The notes under the pieces are model-generated. The model saw nothing but the letters and a program-made list of their open reading frames with translations, did no database searches and was not told where the DNA came from. Below, in pieces: positions 32,239 to 43,160 of a stretch of DNA of 64,000 nt (position 1 is its first letter; each line of letters begins with the position of its first letter). A program made the translations under genes and the position numbers. The stretch comes from Monocercomonoides exilis PA203 (lineage: Eukaryota > Protista > Preaxostyla), in contig LSRY02000006.1 in assembly GCA_001643675.2 (NCBI GenBank), positions 1,426,001 through 1,490,000 of the forward strand, written 5' to 3'.

Positions 32239-33471
32239 ATGGCACAAGCTGCGCCAGCTACAAGTGTTTTGCTTGCATTAATAAAAAAGGATGGAGTCAT
32301 TGAACAATCAGATATTCTGAAATTAGCAACCGAACAAGGACTTCAACAAGCAGATATAGCTGTTGGATTACAACAACTTCTACGTGAGAAGCAAATCATC
32401 GCATCTAAGGACAAGGGTAAAGTACACTTTTATTTAAACGAGTCAAATGTTGTTGCAAGCGGAAACAGAGCTCAAAAAGAACAAGCAATTTTACTTTTTA
32501 TGAAGGAAGTTGGGGATAAAGGTAAATTTGGATGTTTCATATTATTCATTGACATATTATTGATGAAATTTGTGCGTTTCTTATTATTTTAGGAGCAACG
32601 GTGAGAGACATTGCAACAAGATTTTCATTGAAACAGACTGAAGCTACTTCTTTGTTAAATTCAATGGTCGATTCTGGATCGTTACACAAAGCAAGCGACA
32701 AGAGGGTTTGAACTATTTGATACATTTTTATGTTGGAAGTTTTCATATGATTTATAGAGGACAAATTTGTATATGCTTCCTGAATTTGCAAAAGAGGAAG
32801 ATATATTTCACAAAGGAGGAAAAGTTGATTTAGAATTTATATCGGAACTCACACGCATTATACTTCGGATCATTCAGCAGCACGTTTGTCATCTATTAAT
32901 AATTTTTTTGTTTGTTTATGCAATTTTTTAAAATTCTTTTTTCATTTCAGGGTCCAAGAACAGTTTCAGAGTTAACAACAACGCTTAATGCAACTGGAGC
33001 AATGCGTATTCCACTTACTCCAGATGACACTCAACGCTGCTTGGACAAATTAATCTTATCTCGCAGGTTGAATTACTTTCGAGACAAAGAGGTAAAAATT
33101 CATTTTTCAAAATTTTGAAAAGTTATCATATCAAAAATTGCATTTATCTCAAAATTGTTTTTATTTTAATGTTATATACTTATTTCAATAGGGAGCATAT
33201 CGTTATTGCTTACTATCAGATCTGGAGGAAACTATTACATCTCCTTATTCTTCCACTCTTTGCATGCAGTGTCCAGTTTGAAAACATAACAATTTTTTAA
33301 ACTAAAATTTTAATAATATACTTTTAATGAACTGTTGATTAATTAACTGTAATTAACTGAATGAATACTTAGGTTGCATCTGAGTGCTGTATTGAAGAAT
33401 CTTCTGATGTTTGCCCACAGAAATGCGAATATTTGACTCTGTGGACGCAACATGCGGAATTGGAGGAATGA
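32239..33471 (+). CDS. RPC34: RNA polymerase III subunit RPC34/RPC6 (divergent), 6 exons
   Basis: Tandem winged-helix-like segments, LYMLPEF...GKVDLEFISEL, and C-terminal CMQCPVASECC...VCPQKCEYLTLW matching the RPC34 CxxCP..C...P..C.Y...W motif. Confidence 0.82.
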
Positions 33472-33815
33472 GCTTATTTATTGTTTAACTCCTAAAGCAC
33501 CTTGCTTGCATTTCATTTCACACTTGTTTCATCTCCAAACATTTCACTTTATCAATTCACAAATTGCACCATGTCAATGATAAATGATTCACTCATTTTT
33601 TTAATATCATGCAATGTTGAAAGAAACATAAAAATATCACAAGAACGAAAAGCTAACAAAATATCAAAGAAAAATTAAGAGAATACAATTTCACAACATA
33701 TAACAATGCAAACAACAATGCAAACAAATGAAAAACAAACATTATAATATCGTTGATGTGGAAGAAATAACCAAAACATACAAATAATTGTCTAAAATTA
33801 AACAAAGATACATAT

Positions 33816-36309
33816 TTATGCACGTCTTTTACCAAATGTTCCCCATTGAACAGGAACTTCGCTCTTTCGGGTGTCTATCCAAGGCTTTGCGTTGCTTTCC
33901 GATACTCTGGCAACTCTTACCACTTCCACCTTAGCTTTTGGCTCGCACAATTCGAACTGAGAAAAAAAGAAAAGAAAAATCACAAATGAGCAAGTTAAGA
34001 TTCAAAATACTTGATATCGATATCATACCACAACTTTAAGTGGAGCAGGAATATGTGTGAATGTTGTCTTTTGCTGGTTGCCATTAACAAAAAAGTGAGC
34101 TTGTGTTGGATTTGATTCGAAGTCCATCTCCACAGCAACGATATCTCCATCACCAAATCTTTCATTCATCAAATGCCACTGTTTTCCATGCCGCATAGGA
34201 GCAGAACTGAAAAACAGAACAAAGAAAAGGGAAAAAAAAAAAAAAATTGGAATGAAAACAATAAGTATTTATTTTAAAAAAAAACAGATAGTGATAACTT
34301 GAATTACTAAATATATGAGTGTTCATACTCAGTTCCATAATAGCCAGCACTGTGAAAGTCTCTTCCAGGCCGATAATCACCAGGGATAACATATGAGAAG
34401 TCGCATATTCCAAATGCTAAAATGAAAATAAATCGAAATGAATATGTCAAATGGATTCGAATAATTAATTGGAATAAAGATGAATAAATGAAATCAAAAT
34501 TGGCTATTGAAAGAAAAAAAGAAGTTTTTCATTCTTCAAATAAATCTTTTCTTTCTGTCATTATACTTAACTTCTCTCTTTCTTCTTTCTTTTTCTCTTT
34601 TCCCTCTTTCAAATTCAACTTCTCACACATTTCTCTTCTCATTTTTACATACATTGCTGTGCGTGCGGCTGTATAAACTTCAGCTCAACATGCCAAATAC
34701 CCGTCCCAAATTCTTCATTGATAGCGACACACGACGTGGCAGCGCCAAGACATTCAACAACATTTCTGCTGGAGGTACATTTGCCTGGATTAGGAAACTG
34801 GAACGTGAGCGTTGTAGGATCAATTTCTTCCTCTGTTCAAATGAAAAAGGCGAAATTCAAGAAAACAATAGCAATTAAGTTCAATTCGAAAAAATCAACC
34901 ATAAAATTAAAATTTCTATTTAAAGAAATAAAAAAAAAAATCCACCAAACCAACATTCGTAACCACAACAATCGGCTGCCGAATAACTTCTCTTCTCTTT
35001 GTAGTCGAAACGGAAGGCGTTCTTGACATCGTAGCAGAAGGCGAACCCGAAGCAGATGCTGATCTTTTCAGCTTCATGCTGTAGATGGATGACACGTCTG
35101 ACAGCTCTGACTCAATCTTCGACAGCGACATCAGATCAAAGTCCTTTTCTTTCTCTTTCTCTTTCTCTTTATCTTTCTTCTTCTTATCTTTTTTGTCCTT
35201 TTTGTCTTTTTTCTTCTCTTTCTTATCCTTTTTGGCTTCTTCGCTCTCAGAAAGTGACATGCTCAGTCTATCACTCTCTATTTCTCTTCCTCTCCTTCCT
35301 CCATATGGCTCCAGTGAATCTTCTTTTCTTCTCTCCAGCTCTTCTGCCCATTTCTTCTCTTTTTCCCACCGCTCTTCCTCTGTCTCCATCAGCGTACCCA
35401 TCATAAGCGCCTTGTCAATTCTCCGCTTTAACAAAGTTGCTACTGAATTAACAACTTTTGCTGTTGGTGCATCTTCTGCCACAACTACAGACAATCTCTG
35501 AAGTGAAGCCAGCATTTTTCGTGGCATCGTCCCATTTTCAACTGCATCTGTTCCGCTTATCAGTGCTTGCAAAACTTCTGCATAACATTTTTTTGATTGA
35601 TTTGGCCTTGATGATTCAAAAGCATCGTAGCATCTTTCAATAAATCCGCTTTTTGCAACGCACAAGCATGCAGATCCACTTCCAGATAGAAGCGCCAGAA
35701 GTGCAGTTTTAGCAGAGTTAAACATAGATGGATTTTTTGACTGAATAAAATAATTTTTTTTGTTTGTGATGAAAAAAGTTATGAAACACACCTCCAGCAT
35801 ATCCAGAAGTGGGATTACAACCATGTTTATCTGAGCCTCGCTGCTTATAGATTCTACATGATTAGTCAATAATGATAGAAGGTCAACACTCAAAAGCTGT
35901 TAAAATAACAATAAACACTTATCAAAAAAGTGACTGCACACATAAACAGGATCTTGAGCTTCTGCAGTCCTCAAAATTTCTGTTAACGTAGGAATAATAC
36001 CCAAATAAAACATTTTTAAAATGAGTTGTTTCTCTGAAATTTTATTAAGTCGTGAAAATAAGATAAAACAAAAATATAATCTCCAAACGAAACAATGCCA
36101 GAAACGTCAATTTACGAAGTGTTTGCTCTCTAGTTTCTATGGAAAAGCGAAGTGAAATGATCAACTCATCGACTTGAGTTGGCTGTATTTAATAAGAGTT
36201 GGAAAACAGAAAATCGATGAAATAAATTGGATAGAAGAAATATGGAACAAACATTGATGGTTTCGTTAATAAAAGTAACTTGGGATATGGGAGCTGCCTT
36301 ATCTTCCAT
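33816..36309 (-). CDS. ARM-like helical N-terminus, KE-rich linker and C-terminal SPRY/B30.2-like domain, 9 exons
   Basis: Eight GT-AG introns keep the frame from ATG 36309 to TAA 33816. C-terminus GIWHVELKF...FGICD...FGDGDIVAVEMDFESNPTQAHFFVNGNQQ is SPRY-like. Confidence 0.7.
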
Positions 36310-36378
36310 CGGAGAAATTTATAAAGCAGCTTTATCCTGTTCTTTTATAAAAAGGATCAGAGTGCCCATATAAAAATA
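36310..36378. promoter_or_regulatory. 69-bp divergent intergenic region (putative bidirectional promoter)
   Basis: Lies between the minus-strand ATG at 36309 and the plus-strand ATG at 36379; contains aaaggatcag. Confidence 0.65.
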
Positions 36379-39300
36379 ATGTCAACAAACGTTTTAGTAT
36401 GATTTTCGTCTTTTTTCTGCACATGCAATTAAAAACAATAATTTTTACAAACTTTCTTGTTTTTAATTTTTATTAGACTCTTGATTTTGCAGTTGGGTAC
36501 AACAAAGACATTAAGAACGGAGTTTTATCGCTAATAACAGATTCAAGAAAAGTATTTTATATCTTCTATTTCTAACAATATATCACAATCTTTTTTGTGT
36601 TGTAGGCACTTGTATACGTTGCTGCCCATACGGCTGTGATATATGATATCGATACAGGCTCTCAGCAACTTCTTCAAGGACACGTTTGCATGTTATAATC
36701 GTTACAAAAGCTTAAATCCTTTATTTTTTGAATTTTCACAACAAATTTGGAAACAGTGCAATCCCATTTCATGTGTATGCGTAAGTAGAGATAGGAAATG
36801 GATTTTCACTGCAGATTCTGGTCCAGATTCGATGATAATTGTTTGGAATTCTGAATCTGGAGTTCCAGTCAAAAATATCTTTTCTCCACATCCCGAAGTT
36901 TGAAACACTTTTATGAATTGTGCTTTTATTTTATGAATTTTTATTTTGTTATTTAAAGGGTGTAATTGCCATGGACTTATCTCCTGATAGCACTACAATT
37001 GCAACGTTATCTGCCCCATATCCAATAGAGCAAACTTCAACAACTCCACTTCCTACTGCATCAACCCATTTTCCTCGAGACGCCTTCGATGCACAGGAGC
37101 TCAGCGGAATTGATGATGATATGGCCACTCTTCTTGCCCCCCAATCATCTTCATCATCTGCTCCTTTCAGGCAAGAAATTGCTTTATGGGATTGGATTGC
37201 AGATGATAGTGAACCTCGACCATCAGGACTGTCACAATGCCTTCTATGTTTGTCTCCTATATGCACAGGAGATGTTCAACATCACATAGTTTTTAACCCA
37301 ACAAACCCTGATGAGCTGTGCACAACTGGAAAGCGAAGAACAGTTTTCTGGAAAAAAGGAAAAAGAAGGCTTGTGAAGAAAGGCGGAAAAGAAGGAGATG
37401 AAGAACATGGAGATGACGAAGGAGCTGAAGACGAAGAGGAAGAAAATGGAAACAGAGGAAGAGATGAAGATGTTGATCCATTTCATAAACTACCTTGCAT
37501 CTTGCACTATCACTCACCAGCACTAAACACACGAGATCTCCATCAAGATGTGTCTTCATTCACAGCTTCTGCGTTCTTCCCATTCAGCGACCAGGCAGTG
37601 ACAGCAACAGACAACGGTGATTTTATTCTGTGGAGTTCGATGGATGGCAAGCGCGAAACAGACACATTTCTCGATGATTTGGACGATTCTCAAGATGAAA
37701 GCGACAACGAAGACGACGGCGATAGAACACAACGAGAGAAGAAAGGCGGAGAGTCAAAGCAACGCTTCCACATCGCAGCTCGCAAAGTGATGAAGATTTT
37801 GCGGTTGAATCCATCGTCTACATCATCACCGTGCCTTGTCACTCATCCACAGTTCTTTATAACTGGAGACGAAGACGGTAATGTGCGCTTCTTCGACTTC
37901 CAGTTCCGACTTTGTGGTTGGTTTGAGGATCTGAACTTAGGCCCGCTCTCTTCTCTATCACTGTCCGTTCCAGCTTCATTCGATTCCATTCACGATTTTG
38001 TTGCGTCAACTGTCAAGGATAGTGCAAGTTCCACTTCCACTTCGACATCTGCCTTAATTGCATCATCTTCTACATCTGTCGCGGGTGTAACTTCTGCTGG
38101 CATCGATCTGAATCCCCGCACTTCTGTTCTTCCAGATCTGATTGTTGGAACCACGCTTGGAAAAGTGTTACTCGTGAAAGGATCATCCTTTGCAGACGAC
38201 ACACATCTGCACAAAAAGTTTAATCTTCCTCTTGTTCCGTCGTTGGGTGATGGTGGTTCTGGAAAGGGAATGAGAGGTATGTCTGGAGGGAAAGGATCCA
38301 TGAAAGATGGAAGTGGTGCTGGAATGACTCAAAGAAAAGGGAAAGGAACAGGAAAGGAGAAAGACAATTCAAAGGAACCAGAAGGGGGGAAAGACAAAGA
38401 CAAAGAAAGAGATCGTCTCGTGCGCAGGCCAGTTGATCAGCATGGAAGAGGAGAGAAGCTGCTGGATGGGCAGTCAGGAAGCATTCTATGCGTAGCAATG
38501 CATCCGTTTTTGCCTTTGATAGCAATCGGGAACTCAGCTGGCGTTCTAACTTTGGTGATGTTCCAAAGCAAAGAAGAGTCGGACGAAAATGAAGAATCCG
38601 AACGATCACAGAGCAACTCTCACGATGTTCCTTTGCCACTTTTCCAGAATGGAAATCTTAAGAGAGAAATAATCGGAGAGAAGCAGTTTGAGAAGGCAGT
38701 TACCGCTGTTCAGTTTGATCCAACAGGGAAATATCTGGCAGTTGGATTCAAATCTGGGATGCTAAAGATGCTGATTGCTGATTACGGCAGCGGGAGCAAT
38801 GCAACATCAACGACTACTCCATCTGGAGCAGCTCTTTCTCAAATGGGAATTGCTTCTGCTCGTTCTGCAAGCTCGGCAAAACTCGACTCTGCCAATGGAT
38901 TTCCATCTGGTGTGAATGCGCCTGTGTATTCAGAACATTGGACATTTAAGAGCTGCAGCGATTCTGTTATGGAGATGAAGTTCAGTCCAGATGGTATGTT
39001 TATGGCGATGTATGATGCAGATCGATATGTTGTACTGTACAGGAAGAAGAAAGAAGGAGAAGAAGTGTCACCAGATGAGCTGCTTCTATCTGAAGATGGT
39101 GATTGGGTGACTGTTGGCAGAAACAGAGCACATCGCAAGGAGATAAGGGGAATCGAGTTTGGCATCTCCTCACAGCAACAGTATGTTCTGTTCACTATCG
39201 GATCTGACCGCAGACTTGTGCTGTTTGATGTGTATCATTCGTCTGTCTTAAATGGATTCAAGACTCTTTCTTCATTTACTATCGAGCAAACAGCTATTCC

Positions 39301-41002
39301 AACAGCCTGTCTTTTCTTGCAGTGTGGAAGACCTCTTCCTGAAGTACTTCTTCGTGTGTCTGCTCCAGCGGTCGGCAAAGGAGCAGCATTCACATCCACT
39401 GCAGCGATGATGATGAATCAAACCACTGGCGGTGGAATGGACACATATGCTCTGGGAGGCCCAATGCGCAGCTCAACATCAGATATTGGAAGGATGTCGA
39501 AAGGAGTGATGGGAGACACTCTTTCAGGAGGAGCACTGATGGGCACAACAACACAGTTTGGGCAGACGCTGAGCAGAACAGGAGGGACGGGTGGTGCTAA
39601 TGCAACTGGAGGAGGACCTGTTGCTCCACTCAATCCAGACTTCTTCAGATCGTCTGGAATTGCACGTGCATTTGGTTCCATTGGCCCAGGCGATGTTATT
39701 TTGATTGCAAATTCTGAGTTCAAATTCAAATTCCTTGATTTCCAGACGATGCAAGTTCGAAGGGTTGTGCAGGCTCCAATCTTTGGTCAAAATCCAGTCA
39801 ATCGTTTTATCACATTTCCGTCTGTTTTGCGAGAGTTCAACGAAGACGAGCTGAGTGCTTCACCTTTGGATGATGCTCCGAAAGAAGATGATAAGGATGC
39901 AGATCTCGAAGAAGATGACGAAGGCAAGTTGGACAGTCAAAGAGACGATGATTCTGCACGTGCCTCGTCTTCTCGTCGCGTGAAAATCGGAGGCATTGAA
40001 AATCGTGGAGAAAAGAAGCGACTTATTGATCTTTCTCGCCGGTATGTTGGATACACCACGAGTTCTCAGATGGTTGGTCTCATCAGACTTCCGTTGGATG
40101 GCAATCAATTGAATGGGATGGGTCTGATAGCACATCCTGGTGCAGTTATGGGAGCAGTGATAACACACAATGGCTCGCATCTACTGACAATTGGAGGTGA
40201 AGACTGCACTTTGTTTGGATGGAGCATTGATGTGAATGCAATGGAGACTTTATGCGCACTTCAGAACTCTTCTGTCACAGATCCTATTCTTGCACAGCTT
40301 GAAGGCGGACCTGGTGGCCCACTGCACAACGAGATCATCAACATGTTCTATTATGCACAGCTAAGATCTCAAGGTGAGGATGCCACAGTTGATCGTGCTA
40401 TTGAAGGAGCAGTACCTCTTTCGCAAGTACCAAACCTGCTTAGAGGCGTTGGTTTTTACCCCACCGAAAAGGAGATCAATGACGTCATTGCTGACTTAGA
40501 GTGGTCTGGCAGAGAGAAAGATGAAGCTGGGCAGGTTCCTACCTCTGTTGGACTTAGCGAATTTATTCGAGTGTTTGTTAATCACCGTCCGATAATGCCA
40601 CCCTCACAGGAGGATGTAGATGATGCATTCAAGAAGTTAGGTGCTGAGCCTCTGACTGGAGTTATTTCTAGAGACTCTTTGCTGAATCTCTTGATGACTA
40701 CAGGTTAGCTATTATTTTTTAACTTCTGTTTTGATTCATTTTTTCATTTTCCTCATTGTTTATTTCTTTCTCTCTTTTTATTTAATTTTCTTTCTTTCTC
40801 CTTTTTTTAATAATACAATTTTGAACAACCAGGAGAGCCAATACCTCCTGAGATGCTTGCTGAGTGCCTGAACATCCTCACCAAGAAGCCGATGACAGAG
40901 CTCAAAGAGAATCTCACATCACTCGATTTCTCCAGAGACATCCTTGGATTCAACGATGCTGACGAGCAGATGGAAGACGAAGAGCAGCCAAATGAAGGAT
41001 GA
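36379..41002 (+). CDS. CFAP251: Cilia- and flagella-associated protein 251 (WDR66): WD40 repeats plus C-terminal EF-hand-like region, 6 exons
   Basis: HTAVIYD...[86 protein letters not shown]. Confidence 0.93.
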
Positions 41003-41294
41003 GGCTGATGGTTCTCTGAAAGCCGGCAGGCTCATTTCACTGTTCTCTCTTCTTGTCTTCAATTATGAAATTAAGTGGAGACTTCAGAAGGAGTAATTAT
41101 CTTCACTTTCAACTTGTTTTAGCAATCTATTTTTCTCTTTAATTTTCTTTTTATACACTACAAAGCATCAAACAGTTCAATTTGAATAACTAAAAAGTAC
41201 AAAAATTAGTTTATGCTGTTATGCTTGTTTAAGTTTTGCAAATCAAACAAAAACACTCTGAATAACAAAATTATTACTAAGTTAATCTTTTGAG

Positions 41295-42985
41295 CTACTT
41301 TCCTTCTTCAGCTTTTGCTTCCACTTTTGGCTGAGGCTTCGGTGGACGCTCTCCTTTCTTCTTTTCTTTCTTGACAGACACAGGCTTAGGTGGATGGAGG
41401 ATTAACATGACTTCCTGATGAAGTTTCTAAAGATATTCAAAAATGAAAAGAAGAAATTATTATTTAACAGCTACAATCTTTGATAAAGTGAATATTGAAT
41501 ACTTGTAATTCTTCCGAGGCATCTGGGCTGAAATGACGGCGAACTGGCTCAAGAAGGAAGTTTATTGCATCTGAGAAGAAAATCATTTGGTTATTAGAGT
41601 ATTGATTGCTTTAGTAAACTTTAAACATTAAGCACACCTGCAACTGATTCTTTCACAGCTCCCAAAGAAACACTTCCATCAGCCACAACTTCTTTTAATT
41701 CGCTCATTGTTTTCACATTTCTATGCAAATTTGATTGGAATACAAATTTTTTGAAGGAAAAATGAAAATATCGAAACGAATATTTCTATTAAAAACTTTT
41801 TTCAGAAGTAATGCTTCAAACTTTTCACCAATCTTGAATTCACCAATAATCGGAATAATGAGATTGAATATCAAATCAATAACACCGCTTGGTTCTTCCA
41901 AATCAGGTGCCAAAAACGCTTTCTTCATCTTCTTCTTTATCTCATCCTATAAAAAAGACAAATGAAAAAAAGTCTGATACCATCTCAATCTAATTAAATG
42001 CAGACTGTCGTTTCTTCTACAAAAATTGTTGATGCTGGAGTTTTCTTTGTCATAACTTCTTTCGGGTTTGACAATGAGAGAAGCATATCTGTGAAAGAAA
42101 AAACAATTTAATTTAAAAACATTGAAAATTTTAATGTTAATAACAGTTCGAAATAATATAATCAAACGTTGGTCGATGATGATAGGTTGCTTTATTCCTT
42201 TTTTCGTACAGTAAGTTTTTAATAGATCCGTTATTTGTTCTTGATCATGGCCAATTTGAATTACGTCAGCTAGGCGCTGAGATGGTGCAGATTCTGGTGA
42301 TGAAGCTGAAGCACTTGACGAACATGCGCAGTGAGTTTCTGTGAAGAACATGTTTGCACAGGATAAACAGGGAGACATAATATGAGAAGCCAAAAGCGAA
42401 TTCTCTTTTAAATTCTCCATTTGTTGAGAAACACTAACGTTGATGAAGAAAACAAAAAGATTGTCTTTTTTAAAAAATTAAAAAAAAGTTCAAACGTTTT
42501 CAATTTCACAGCTGTAAACACTTGGCTAAAGTCGATCATTTGCTCCCAGTAAATTGGATTTTTACCAACAGCTTCTTTCATCCAAACAATTTGAATATTT
42601 TCTCCAAAAGGAACTCCAAGTGCTTTCCAAACTTCAATGTAGTATTTTCCAATTGTTTGAATGGATTGAAGATTTCCAGTGTGTTTCTCTGATAAAAATG
42701 TCAAAAAATAAATTATTCGAAAATAAATAAGAACAGACTGTGCAAAAATGCAAGCCAATCTCCAATATAAAGGACTATTTTAAAGCCACATTGAACCAAA
42801 ATTTTCATGATATGAGCCTTTAAAATCGCCTGAGGAAGGCTCATGCTTCCATTTGGTTCAACAATATCATAAACAATTTTGCTATCCGAAGATGCTGCAA
42901 GTTCATCTAATTTAGATAATTCTGAAGATTCTTTAAATAACTCATGAAGATGTTCTGTTGCTGTCAGTGATGTGATAGCAGACAT
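41295..42985 (-). CDS. Tyrosyl-tRNA synthetase-like protein with degenerate catalytic motifs, 8 exons
   Basis: Collinear with plant/protist-type TyrRS: YDIVEPNG, DWLAFLHKKHTGNLQSIQTIGKYYIEVWKALG, YWEQMID, ADVIQIGHDQ, KKKMKKAF, LLEPVRRHF. Seven GT-AG introns keep the frame. Confidence 0.85.
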
Positions 42986-43160
42986 TTGATATTTCAATTT
43001 GTTTATGCAGGGTTAGATCGATCAAAAGCCTGACGCTGTTTTTTATCTTTTAATTTTTTGAAACATTGAATATATTGTCTTTTAAAAAGAATTTTCTGAA
43101 AAAATTGATTGATCAATTGACATAATATAAAGTTTTAAATAACACTTTTTTCTTTTGTTA

